64,000 nt of DNA from Terriglobia bacterium (GTDB lineage Bacteria > Acidobacteriota > Terriglobia > 20CM-2-55-15), in assembly GCA_965198225.1 (NCBI GenBank), contig CBDAOY010000006.1, forward strand, positions 997,713 to 1,061,712. Reading direction: 5' to 3'. Every line of letters begins with the position of its first letter. Positions within the stretch are counted from its first letter, which is position 1. The position numbers and the translations under genes were made by a program. The notes beneath the pieces were generated by a model, which was given only the letters and a program-made list of their open reading frames with translations, did no database searches and was not told the origin of the DNA. Positions 9,838-19,304 of this stretch are shown here, one piece after another.

Positions 9838-10638
9838 TCAAGCAGGGCTCGGCTTCCTGCTGATTTCCGCCCTGATCTCAGGGCTGCCTGCAGCTAAATA
9901 GCGGTCGAATACACTGAGGTGGGCAATTTCCGTTTGACAATAATGTCCGTGCCAGCCTGACACCCAGCCCCCTACAACGACCGTGTCGTCGACCTGCTGG
10001 GGCCATCTCTTGAAGTCTCCCCGCACAATATCGTTTCCGGCAGTGCCTCGGTCAACGAAGAAACTCTGCCGTTCAGCGCTTCGGTCCCATGCGACGACGA
10101 AGTGATGCCAACCCGGGTTAAGGCCATCCTTGACGATAAGCTGGCGTCCGTACTCCGCTTCTGAATTCGACGTCTGCACTTCCCATCTATCCCGGGAACT
10201 CGCATGCCGGAGCGCGAATTGATTTCGATACGTGTCCTTCTTGTCACCGCCTCCCGTGTGGTGCGAGAGCAGATAGCGATTGGATGGGGATGATCGCAGG
10301 CCTTCTCCCTTGGGTGGCACGCTAACCCACAGCGAGAGCGTGCACTCCGGCCAGAGTAGGAACCCACCGTCGATCTTCTTGCGATTCTGTCTATCGGCGG
10401 AGATCGAGAGTGGCTCATCCAGTTCACTGAAGACCGCACTGGTCACATCTGTTTGTGGCTCCTTCTTTCTCGGGTCGCGCAACGACACGACTTCAACGGT
10501 TAGCCAAAGCAACCATCCAACAACCACCGAAGTCAGCATGACCAGCGACGCCACATACTGGCCTGTGAACCCACTGACAATCGCGCCCAGAGTACCGATG
10601 GCCCCAAGAAGACCCAGTAGTTTGTCAGTTCTGTTCAT
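9838..10638 (-). CDS. Two-TM anchored LamG/concanavalin-like protein, integron cassette
   Basis: Two N-terminal hydrophobic helices; TLSLWV, GWHHFVVAWD, IAHLSVFDRYL motifs. Confidence 0.7.
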   Translation of the reverse strand: MNRTDKLLGLLGAIGTLGAIVSGFTGQYVASLVMLTSVVVGWLLWLTVEVVSLRDPRKKEPQTDVTSAVFSELDEPLSISADRQNRKKIDGGFLLWPECTLSLWVSVPPKGEGLRSSPSNRYLLSHHTGGGDKKDTYRNQFALRHASSRDRWEVQTSNSEAEYGRQLIVKDGLNPGWHHFVVAWDRSAERQSFFVDRGTAGNDIVRGDFKRWPQQVDDTVVVGGWVSGWHGHYCQTEIAHLSVFDRYLAAGSPEIRAEISRKPSPA

Positions 10639-10655
10639 TAATCGAGTACCCGTCT

Positions 10656-10753
10656 GCCTAACGGCTCAACGTTCAGCCGCAAACGGCGCTGCGATCAGTT
10701 TCAGTTCCGCCCCATCGTGGGCGCCGTTTGAAGGCTGCAACGTTTTGTTAGAC
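10656..10753 (-). other. attC site (98 bp)
   Basis: GTCTAAC-5nt-GTTGCAGC...GCTGAAC-8nt-GTTAGGC with long internal stem. Confidence 0.92.
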
Positions 10754-10755
10754 AT

Positions 10756-11332
10756 CTACTCTGGGAGCCTTCCTTTCGCCTCCCATTCCAATGGCGCATT
10801 TGGGGAGGACCGTGTGAAGCTCGTCACGCGAATCTGAAACCCGTCTGCCGTCTGGTCCACTAGCTCAAAATCGCTGCGGTCAACGACGCTGCGGTCAATA
10901 TTCGGAAATGCAAGTTGCGGCGGTGACGCGAACGGCGTTGGATAATAGATCTGATATTGTCCTGTTCCCCCGATCTGGATGCCTCCCATAAAGGTCGTGA
11001 GCCCTTCCTCCGCCATCCAACTGTCACTCACGGCCGTAATGCCGACTACCGCTAACAGAATCGCGAGAATAGCTATCAGATCCACTCATGCGACGATCTT
11101 TCGTCCTCTATCCTGCTCTTGTGACGCCTGCAGGATCTCCCCTCGAGCTGTAATGATCCGCATGCAAAAAAAGCCGAGCACCAAACCGATCGGATACATC
11201 CATTTCTGATGAGCAAGACCTTCCATAAACAGAATTGGAGCCCCGCTGAGTGCAGCCCCAAGTACTGTCGCCACGATTTTCGGGCTGACCTTGGCAGGAA
11301 TGGAAATCAGATGTGAAAGAACAAATCCAACG
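10756..11332 (-). pseudogene. Membrane protein cassette, 5'-truncated by IS21, in-frame TGA at 11086-11088
   Basis: ORFs 11086-11391 and 10756-11085 are in one frame separated by a single stop; stop abuts attC R''. Confidence 0.6.
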
Positions 11333-11568
11333 CCTCGGCGGTCACCCAAAACCGGCCAATGGTGGTCACCTGAAAACCGGCCAACGAACATAGATAAGCC
11401 CGGGACATTGACACCGACGGGAAGCCGAAACAGGCTCCGTCGGCATTGAGCAAGTACCCGTCTGACCCTAACGGACGTCGGCGGTCAGCCAATGGTGGCT
11501 GAAAACCGGCGAACATAGATAAGCGGGACATTGACACCGACGGGAAGCCGAAACAGCTCCGTTGAGCA

Positions 11569-13200
11569 ATGTTGAGCACAGAAAAGAGAGAGCAAGTTGT
11601 TGCATTGGGGCGGCTTGGATGGCCGCTGCGTCGGATCGAACAGACCACCGGCGTGCGTCGTGAGACGGCCAGTGCGTATCTGAGAGCGGCCGGAATCCCC
11701 ATTCGGCCGCCCGGGAGTTGGGGCCGGCGACCGGCAAAACCGGCCAACGAGGTGACCACCGACCCGGACGGCGTAAATGGTGTCGTTGAGGGGTTTGGCG
11801 GTTCCGATACTTCAAAACCGGCCAACGAAGTGACCACCGACCCGGAGGCCGAGAATCCGGTCTCGGCAGAGTCGTCGGCTCCCCCTCCAAGCCCACCGTC
11901 GGGCAGTTCCTGCGAGCCGTACCGGGAGACCATCCAACAGGCGCTGGAGCGTGGCCGCAACGCGATGGCGATCTGGCAGGACCTGGTCACGGATCACGGT
12001 TTTGTCGGCAGCTACGAATCGGTCAAGCGTTTCGTTCGCAAACTCCGGGGAGTGCGATCCCCGGAAGCGGTCGGAATCATCCAGACCGGAGCTGGAGAGG
12101 AAGCGCAGGTCGACTACGGGACCGGACCGATGGTCCGGGATCCGAAGACGGGCAAGTACCGACGGACGCGGCTGTTCGTGATGACGTTGGGCTACAGCCG
12201 CAAATCGGTCCGGCTGCTGACGTTCAAGTCCAGTTCCCGCATCTGGGCCCAGTTGCACGAGACCGCGTTCCGCCGACTCGGCGGCACTCCCCGCCTCATC
12301 GTGCTGGATAACCTGCGCGAAGGCGTGATCGTCCCGGACCATTACGACCCCACCCTGAATCCGTTGTTTCGAGATGTCCTGACCCATTACGGCGTGGTGG
12401 CCATGCCATGCCGGGTGCGCGATCCAGACCGCAAAGGCAAAGTCGAATCCGGTGTCGGGCACGCCCAGAAGACCCCATTGAAGGGACAGCGCTTCGAGAG
12501 CCTCGACCAGGCCCAGGGGTATCTGGATCGCTGGGAAGTCCGATGGGCCGACACCCGCATCCACGGCACGACCAAGCGGCAGGTGGCGGCCATGTTCGCC
12601 GAAGAGAAACCATCTCTTAAGCCGCTGCCGATCGAACCGTTTCGCTATTACCAATTCGGTGAACGTGTCGTCCATCTCGACGGTTGCGTCGAAGTCGAAG
12701 CCGCCTATTACAGTGTACCGCCGGGCTGGATCGGACGGGGTGTCAAGGTCCAGTGGGACACGCTTCACGTCCGGATCCTGGACCCAAACACCTATCCACT
12801 CCTCCGCGAGCATGTCCGCCAGAAGCGGGGTGGATACCGTGTCCGTGCTGAAGACAACCCGAAGAAAACCCCGTTAACGACGGTGCAACTGCTGGCCCGA
12901 GCCCGCCGCGCTGGCACCCACATCGGCACACTCTGTGACGCCATTCACCGCCGACAAGGGGAAGCTGCGGTCCGCCGCATCCTGGGTGTGCTCTCCCTGG
13001 CCAAGAAGTACGGTGTCTCCGCCGTGGAGGATGCTTCGGCTGCGGCACTGGAACTCCACGTCTACGAGTATCGTTTCGTCCGCCGCTATCTGGAGCGGCG
13101 ACCTCCACTCGCCCTGCGTCAGGTCGATCCTCTCATTCGCGAACTGACTCAGTATCGCGATCTCATCAACCTCAAAATCCAGGAGCAGGAACACTCATGA
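11569..13200 (+). CDS. istA: IS21 transposase IstA
   Basis: AQVDYG, IVLDNLREGV, RKGKVESGVG DDE motifs. Confidence 0.95.
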   Translation: MLSTEKREQVVALGRLGWPLRRIEQTTGVRRETASAYLRAAGIPIRPPGSWGRRPAKPANEVTTDPDGVNGVVEGFGGSDTSKPANEVTTDPEAENPVSAESSAPPPSPPSGSSCEPYRETIQQALERGRNAMAIWQDLVTDHGFVGSYESVKRFVRKLRGVRSPEAVGIIQTGAGEEAQVDYGTGPMVRDPKTGKYRRTRLFVMTLGYSRKSVRLLTFKSSSRIWAQLHETAFRRLGGTPRLIVLDNLREGVIVPDHYDPTLNPLFRDVLTHYGVVAMPCRVRDPDRKGKVESGVGHAQKTPLKGQRFESLDQAQGYLDRWEVRWADTRIHGTTKRQVAAMFAEEKPSLKPLPIEPFRYYQFGERVVHLDGCVEVEAAYYSVPPGWIGRGVKVQWDTLHVRILDPNTYPLLREHVRQKRGGYRVRAEDNPKKTPLTTVQLLARARRAGTHIGTLCDAIHRRQGEAAVRRILGVLSLAKKYGVSAVEDASAAALELHVYEYRFVRRYLERRPPLALRQVDPLIRELTQYRDLINLKIQEQEHS

Positions 13201-13952
13201 ATCTGATCGAACTCCAGCGGGCTCTCCGACAACTCCGGCTCGGCGGCATTGCCGAGGTGTTGGAAACACGCCTCCACCAGGCCCAGACCGAAGCCATGGC
13301 GCCGATCGACTTGGTCTCTCGTCTGGTCTCGGATGAACTGGACCGTCGCAGCATCCGGTTGTTGGAACGGCGTCGGAAACAGGCCCGGTTCCGCGATCCC
13401 CAGAAGACGCTCGACTCCTTCGACTTTACTTTCAACAAGAAGATGAATCGTAGTCTGGTCTTCGACCTGGCGACGGGCGCCTTCATCTCCAGGCACGACG
13501 ATGCCTTGTTTCTCGGTCCTCCTGGCACCGGCAAGAGTCATCTGGCTCAGGCCATCGGCTTGGCTGCCATTGAGCAGGGCTATCGGGTCGTCTACCGTGA
13601 AACTCATGCGCTTCTCGACGACATCGCCGAAGCCACCATTGACGGTACCCGAAAGGAGTGCATGGAAGCTTTGGCGACGGTCCCGCTGCTGATCATCGAC
13701 GATCTGGGGATGCGGAAGCTTCCTCCCACTGCAGCAGAGGAACTCCTCGAGATCGTGATGCGACGCTATGAACGGACCAGTACGTTACTGACATCGAATC
13801 GACCCGTCCAAGACTGGGGAAAACTACTGGGTGATAGCGCCGCCGTCACAGCCATGCTGGACCGGCTGCTCCATCACGGCCACATCCTCAAATGCGGCCC
13901 TCGGAGTTGGAGGACTAAAACGGGCTTGCCGAGTCCAGTCCCAAAGAGGTAG
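13197..13952 (+). CDS. istB: IS21 helper ATPase IstB
   Basis: GPPGTGKSHLA, LLIIDDLG, TSN, AMLDRLLHH. Confidence 0.95.
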   Translation: MNLIELQRALRQLRLGGIAEVLETRLHQAQTEAMAPIDLVSRLVSDELDRRSIRLLERRRKQARFRDPQKTLDSFDFTFNKKMNRSLVFDLATGAFISRHDDALFLGPPGTGKSHLAQAIGLAAIEQGYRVVYRETHALLDDIAEATIDGTRKECMEALATVPLLIIDDLGMRKLPPTAAEELLEIVMRRYERTSTLLTSNRPVQDWGKLLGDSAAVTAMLDRLLHHGHILKCGPRSWRTKTGLPSPVPKR

Positions 13953-14032
13953 AACAACACCGTCCCGGGCCATCCCCGTTGGCCGGTTTTGAAGTGACCA
14001 TCGTTGGCCGGTTTTGAAGTGACCACTGAGGC

Positions 14033-14752
14033 TGGCTCACTCCTGAGGCTGTCCTTTTTCTCGAAGCTGCACGTCCCGGGTCCGAGCTTCTCAGGGAACG
14101 TTGCCTGGAAGCAATGCAGCCTGTCCAAACCGTTGGTGAGTCACAGAACCAACAAGTGATCACCGATGTATTAGCACGTTCCTTTGGCGGCGACGAGCCG
14201 ATATTGGAAGCGCTGCTTGACCGTTTTGAGCCCACGATAGACAGCGATGCCCTGATCCTCGCGCTGTGCAAGGGCTGGCCTGAATCTAGCGTTATCGACG
14301 AGCTCTATGCAGAGCTCCAGACGCAGAAAGAGCCTGTGTCTTTGGTTGCGCTATATGCAGTGGTCTACGGGCGAATACCCGATCAAGAACTTCCTGATCG
14401 GTTGCGGCGCGACCTCGACGAGGGAGGCACCACATCCCACGAATACATATCGGAGGCGCTGGATTCTGCTATCAGAAGCAGGCTGACGAGAGACGCAGGC
14501 GCCTGTGAGGCGCTGGAAGACCGGCTAAACCAAGGCTCACTTGACGCTAACCTCACCGCGACCGTGCCTAGGCTCCTTTCGCGAACGCGGGGACTGTCAA
14601 CACAGCTGCGAAAGTGGTGCGAAACGGAATACGAACGCCAGGTGAAACTCCGCTCACCGGAGATCGGCTTTGATCTCACGGAAAGGTCGTTCCGGGGTGT
14701 CGCTCTTAGCCTGCTGGATTCACTAGACGTGCTAGGGCGAAGGAGAGACTGA
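14033..14752 (+). pseudogene. C-terminal fragment of a large helical protein truncated by IS21
   Basis: Reading frame is open back to the IS end (WLTPEAVLFLEAARPG...); no clear native start. Confidence 0.5.
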
Positions 14753-14769
14753 AAGGCCGCAGTCTTCGG

Positions 14770-14935
14770 ATAGCAAGAATCTCTCCTTCTGAAAGCACTT
14801 CGGGTACCTCGCGGGCTCTGCCGGTGGGTAGTCCCCCTAGCTCCCGCTGTTTCCGTAACTTCATCCAAGACCCAATCGAACCAGATCTCTGCTTCTGGCG
14901 AGCAGGCTTCACAGCCGAGGATTCGGGACTTGAGC
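14770..14935 (-). pseudogene. Degenerate small Cys-rich protein (paralog of 14985-15243)
   Basis: GCEACSPEAEIWFDWVLDEVT, then frameshifted DYPPAEPARYPKC. Confidence 0.6.
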
Positions 14936-14984
14936 CTAAAACGGGTGGCGCGGCTCACTGCAATGAGGTTGTTGCAACGAACAT

Positions 14985-15243
14985 AACGATTGTGACAGTT
15001 AACGCCGCGACGGGTCAGGCATTCCCCCAAGTAGTGTCCTGCGAAGCCTGCAACCTGAACGGTGCAGAGATCCCGTTCGACTGGGTGCTGGACGAGGTCA
15101 CTGGCCACGGTGGAGTCACAACCGATTACCTGTTGGTGGAAGCCCGGAGGTGCCCAGCGTGCGTGGCGGTCGTCAGCAGCTTCACATTTGGGGTCCGAGG
15201 AAAACAATCCGTTCTTCGGTGCCATCGTTCTGGACAAGCTTGA
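14985..15243 (+). pseudogene. Small zinc-ribbon-like protein, start uncertain
   Basis: SCEACNLNGAEIPFDWVLDEVTGHGGVTTDYLLVEARRCPAC. Confidence 0.6.
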
Positions 15244-15421
15244 AGCTCGATCCCTCCATCGTCTTTTGAGCGATGAACTCATAGAGGCGCAGTGCGTTGC
15301 GGATCACGACCGCTTTGCTTTCACCCTCTACAAGATCCTCTAAGCGTTCCAGTCGATCGTAGAACCGCGGTGTGAGATCAAGCGTAATTCTCTTGGTCGG
15401 TTCCCTCTTTCGCACTGGCAT
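15182..15421 (-). CDS. Ribbon-helix-helix (CopG-like) protein
   Basis: KRITLDLT..FYDRLERL.....SKAVVIRNALRLY; RBS GGAG upstream. Confidence 0.75.
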   Translation of the reverse strand: MPVRKREPTKRITLDLTPRFYDRLERLEDLVEGESKAVVIRNALRLYEFIAQKTMEGSSFKLVQNDGTEERIVFLGPQM

Positions 15422-15439
15422 CGATACTCTCCTGTGCTC

Positions 15440-15706
15440 CTACGGCGGGCGCTCGACAGCTCCTCTCAGCGCCCAAGCGAACGCCGCTGAGATGAGGTTC
15501 GTTGCCCACGTGAGGAGTTTGTCTAGAGTGCCTTCATCTGCGGTCCATAAAGCATTCGCAGTCAGAAGTAATACAAGGACGGCGGCTAAGACGATCACGC
15601 CGCGAGTGATGGACGTCCGGGTGGCCGTTGGCGAAACCGAGGCCGTCAAGTCGCCCGGCCATTCTTCGCCCACGTGTAGTTTTGCCTTCCACCGGTGGCG
15701 TTTCAT
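15440..15706 (-). CDS. Small membrane protein
   Basis: Two hydrophobic segments; GGAGG RBS. Confidence 0.5.
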   Translation of the reverse strand: MKRHRWKAKLHVGEEWPGDLTASVSPTATRTSITRGVIVLAAVLVLLLTANALWTADEGTLDKLLTWATNLISAAFAWALRGAVERPP

Positions 15707-15989
15707 TCCACACCTCCGCGGCCGCTCGTTTCGTCCGGCTCAGATTGTGCTCGGCATTACGAGTAGCCGCTGATAAAGCCTCTGAAATCACGTCGATTCA
15801 CTGTTAACTCCTTTTGTTTGGTTGGTATGGGGGATCGTTCGAGTGGGGTAGGTTCCTTACTTGGTGGTTTGATTCAGTCATCTGGACCATTAATTTTTAC
15901 TGCAAAACACAGTATGAAGTCAACGGAAATTCCAGGCCGCCACCTCAGGAGCTTTAGATTCCGGCGCTTGACGTTGGCGTTTCTTGCAA

Positions 15990-16769
15990 TCATCTCCGGC
16001 TTCCGTGCCCAAAGAGCCGTCGAATCTCCTCGTGCATCGCCTCGCGGCCTTTCTCCACCCCGATCCCCAGAACGTCGAGTGCCTCGATGACATGCTGTTC
16101 CTTCGGGTCGGTCGCTTTGGGCGGGTCCCCGGCCGCCTCCACCCACACTCCGGCCTTCTCCTCGTAGTAATCCTCGAGTTCGGGGTAGAACTCTGAAGTT
16201 ACCGTGACGAAGTCGAGGTTCTCCTGGCGTTCCGCGTGCGTCTCGGCGCCGGCACCCACGCGGAGGCCTTCGAGGAACCCATCTGGTCCGCGGTCCTCTG
16301 CGTGCTCGATCAGGTGGATCAGCTCGCCCATCGTCAAGGGTTGGTCGGACGACACAGGCTCGCAGGCGTAGACGGTCTCGTACTCATCGACCACTCGGTA
16401 GTGGATCTTTGACCCGGCGGGTCTGGCCCGGACGCTGATCACGTCGGCCGTCGTGGACTGCAGGGAGCTGCGGGCGATCTCGACCTCGCCCTCTTCGAGG
16501 CCTGGGAGGTACTCTCCGCCCATCAACGTGGGATGGATCGAGGCAAAGAACTCCCGCTCCTCGTCGGTCAGCTCGGCCGAGAGCATCCAGTCCTGGATCT
16601 CGTGGACGTCGCCACGTTCGAGAAGCTCCTGGACCTGCCGGCGGCGGCGTTCGCCTTTGATGGAGGACAGAAAGGAGGAGATCGGGTTGTCCCAGTATGA
16701 GGCTGGGCGATACCCGCGGAGGATCACTCCCGCCAAGTTCCGTCGTGGTTCCAAGGGTGAACCTTCCAA
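15990..16769 (-). CDS. Hypothetical acidic protein
   Basis: 259-aa ORF with protein-like motifs (YRPASYW, HPTLMGGEYLP, YRVVDEY). Confidence 0.6.
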   Translation of the reverse strand: MEGSPLEPRRNLAGVILRGYRPASYWDNPISSFLSSIKGERRRRQVQELLERGDVHEIQDWMLSAELTDEEREFFASIHPTLMGGEYLPGLEEGEVEIARSSLQSTTADVISVRARPAGSKIHYRVVDEYETVYACEPVSSDQPLTMGELIHLIEHAEDRGPDGFLEGLRVGAGAETHAERQENLDFVTVTSEFYPELEDYYEEKAGVWVEAAGDPPKATDPKEQHVIEALDVLGIGVEKGREAMHEEIRRLFGHGSRR

Positions 16770-17080
16770 ATTCCCAGATAGTCCAACAGTTCCGTGAGCA
16801 AGCTCACCTCATACTCTGAGAACCAACCCTCTGCCAGGCATCGCTCGTCTGCCTGATGTCCAGCATCGAATGCGGTGCTAACGGGCATTTCCACGAGCGG
16901 ATTACCGGAAGGGCAGGGCTGGAGACACCAAGGCGCGTAGAAGGTGTGGATCTCCTCGCACACCTGGACCGGGAGATCGGGAGACATGCCCCCGACGATC
17001 CTGATCTGGCTGATTAGAAGCGTGCCAATAAGCACAACGGCCACCGCGGTAATGCCTGCGGCTCGAAGTTTTTCGAACAT
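16724..17080 (-). CDS. Hypothetical protein with N-terminal TM/signal
   Basis: ORF with hydrophobic N-terminus, divergent from XRE gene. Confidence 0.45.
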   Translation of the reverse strand: MFEKLRAAGITAVAVVLIGTLLISQIRIVGGMSPDLPVQVCEEIHTFYAPWCLQPCPSGNPLVEMPVSTAFDAGHQADERCLAEGWFSEYEVSLLTELLDYLGIWKVHPWNHDGTWRE

Positions 17081-17230
17081 AGTGATTTCGTGGTTGTTTG
17101 GTGGCAGAGATCGCTATTCCGCCCTGATACATGGAACGAGCTATCTGTCTTCAATTCAGTCGTCTACAGGGATAGTACGATCGTATACAGTCGTGGTCAA
17201 CTAAGTTGCGACTACTTACGCTCGGTCGCA

Positions 17231-17446
17231 ATGACCGACAAGAGGTTGATGCGGTTGGTGGGCCAGCGTGTTAGGGAGCTCAGGAGGGAGCGCGGCCTGA
17301 CTCAAGAGGACATGACCCGCTTCGGCTTCACGTCTCGTCCCTACCAACGAATTGAACACGGTGAGAGGAATTTGACCTTGAAGACGCTGAACAAGCTGGC
17401 GGAGGCGTTTGAGGTGTCAATTGCGGAGCTTCTTCCGCGTGACTGA
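17231..17446 (+). CDS. XRE-family HTH regulator
   Basis: VGQRVRELRRERGLTQEDM...YQRIEHGERNLTLKTLNKLAEAFEVS. Confidence 0.88.
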   Translation: MTDKRLMRLVGQRVRELRRERGLTQEDMTRFGFTSRPYQRIEHGERNLTLKTLNKLAEAFEVSIAELLPRD

Positions 17447-17455
17447 GGTGGACTC

Positions 17456-18736
17456 ATGCAACGAGCAAGACAGTTTGTAGGGCTTCACGACCGGTTGACG
17501 GATCATCTGGCTCAGTTAGTCGGGACGAAGGAAACGGTTCCGGTCTCTGATCTGATCACCCGCGCGGCGGAGCGGGATTCGGCAATCCGAGAGTTCGAGC
17601 CCCAGTTGAGGAAGTTCGATGCGATGATGTCCTTCCTTATCCCGGACAGGCGATTTCCAGAGCACGTTCAAATGGAACCCACGCAGGAGGTGTTAGAACG
17701 CTTCTACGACGTGGTCCATACAGTGATTTCGCCGACCCGACTGTCGCCGACCTTCGACAAACCTCTGCGGTGTTTCTCACCAGCCGACCCGCTAACAGAA
17801 GCATTGAAGGCGATGGAGGAGGGCGACTTTTCGCAGGTTGTCGTAAGAACCAACGGCGAGATGGAGATCCTCACCCACGATGGCATATCTCGATGGCTTG
17901 AGAGACAAGCGCGAAGGGGGATTCCCAAGGTCGAGAAAGCCACCATCGGGGATGCGCTTGCGTTCGACCCGCCCGAGAACTTCGCCGTGATGTCGGGAAC
18001 CCAGAGCATTTTCGAGGCACAACAGGCCCTCGAACACGGCCTGGACCAGCGGAAGCCTAGGGTGGCGGCGGTGATCGTGACCAAGACAGGACAGAAGACC
18101 GAGAAGCCGATCGGGATCGCGACGCCGTGGGATTTGAGCTATATGTTCGCCCTGAAGGGCGAGGCCTGGGTCGGGGTGTACGCGGGTACGGATTTCGCGA
18201 TCCGCGATGGCAAGGGGCCGCAGTATCTATCGCATCTCCTCCGGACGCCGCATCGTTGGATGACCGCCATGCAGTTGGTGTTCGCCGTGGAGGGGCTTCA
18301 TGCACTTGACTCTGAGACCAGCAGAGGACATCGAACGGGGAACGCCAAAATCCACGATGATCAAGGGTCAGTAGGCCCCGCTGGACCGGTCGACAGCGGC
18401 CCCGATGCCGAAGCCGTCAGGGAATACCGAAAACAGGTCCGAGAATTACGGAGTGACTTGAGAGAAGCCGACGCCTACAATGACGCTCCTCGGATATCGC
18501 GGCTCCGTTACAAGATTCGCTTCCTCGAAGACGAACTCAAAAGGGCCGGGCAAAAACGAGTGAGCCCTGAACTCGAGCGAGCCCGGGTGAACGTCACGAA
18601 ACAGATCAAAGGCGTCATCCGTCGCATACGCAAACAGAGCCCCGCCCTTGCCCGCCACCTTGACCAGACCGTGAAGACCGGTTACTCCTGCGCTTACCGC
18701 CCGGACCCGAATAACCCGCCGATCTGGCAGTTCTAA
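17456..18736 (+). CDS. CBS-pair protein fused to a C-terminal helical putative DNA-binding domain
   Basis: CBS motifs (DPLTEALKAMEEGDFSQVVV; PIGIATPWDL); C-terminus ERARVNVTKQIK...LARHLDQTVKTGYSCAYRP. Confidence 0.75.
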   Translation: MQRARQFVGLHDRLTDHLAQLVGTKETVPVSDLITRAAERDSAIREFEPQLRKFDAMMSFLIPDRRFPEHVQMEPTQEVLERFYDVVHTVISPTRLSPTFDKPLRCFSPADPLTEALKAMEEGDFSQVVVRTNGEMEILTHDGISRWLERQARRGIPKVEKATIGDALAFDPPENFAVMSGTQSIFEAQQALEHGLDQRKPRVAAVIVTKTGQKTEKPIGIATPWDLSYMFALKGEAWVGVYAGTDFAIRDGKGPQYLSHLLRTPHRWMTAMQLVFAVEGLHALDSETSRGHRTGNAKIHDDQGSVGPAGPVDSGPDAEAVREYRKQVRELRSDLREADAYNDAPRISRLRYKIRFLEDELKRAGQKRVSPELERARVNVTKQIKGVIRRIRKQSPALARHLDQTVKTGYSCAYRPDPNNPPIWQF

Positions 18737-18850
18737 CTCCATAAAAAGCCGTCTTTGATTGTTCCAAACGACGGAACACTGTGCCCTCCGTCCGCACATC
18801 GATTGTTCCCTCCTGATTCACCCTAAGTAATTGAAGGGGGGTGAGTAACG

Positions 18851-18961
18851 ATGCAATCGAATCGAAAGAATGTGCTGACAGTGGAAGAGGTGGCTCAGCT
18901 TTTGGGTGTTCCGGCGACCGTCATCCGGAAGTCGATCGGTCCGCTAGAGGACGACGACTAA
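18851..18961 (+). pseudogene. Truncated HTH_17/excisionase-like peptide
   Basis: MQSNRKNVLTVEEVAQLLGVPATVIRK then early stop. Confidence 0.5.
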
Positions 18962-18992
18962 ACCAAACAACTTCAAAACAGGAGAAAAAGAA

Positions 18993-19304
18993 ATGAACCA
19001 CATCAAACGACGTTTCATCGGTGACTGGGTCTTCCAGTCGGGTAACGACATTACCGTCTACTTCGAGGAGATCCCGGGCGACGGCACCTACATCGGACAG
19101 CTAGACGTTCGGTGGGAGCGGGTTCCGCCGTCGGAGGCCGATCTCGCCGAGTATCTGGAGAAAATTCTTGGCGAGATAGCTCTGAAGGTCTTCGAACTCT
19201 GCCCGCAAATCCCGCTTTTCTGCGATCGGCCGAATCCCAAAGGACCGGCGGTCCTCGTCGTCAACCCCTCAATCCGATTGGGCGAAACGGAGGAAGTCCG
19301 ATGA
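18993..19304 (+). CDS. Hypothetical protein
   Basis: AGGAG RBS; operonic position. Confidence 0.6.
   Translation: MNHIKRRFIGDWVFQSGNDITVYFEEIPGDGTYIGQLDVRWERVPPSEADLAEYLEKILGEIALKVFELCPQIPLFCDRPNPKGPAVLVVNPSIRLGETEEVR

Larger units (their letters stand above)
11333..14031 (+). mobile_element. IS21 family insertion sequence
   Basis: Terminal IRs CCTCGGCGGTCAC.../...GTGACCACTGAGG with tandem AAAACCGGCCAA motifs; istA-istB; no target duplication. Confidence 0.93.
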
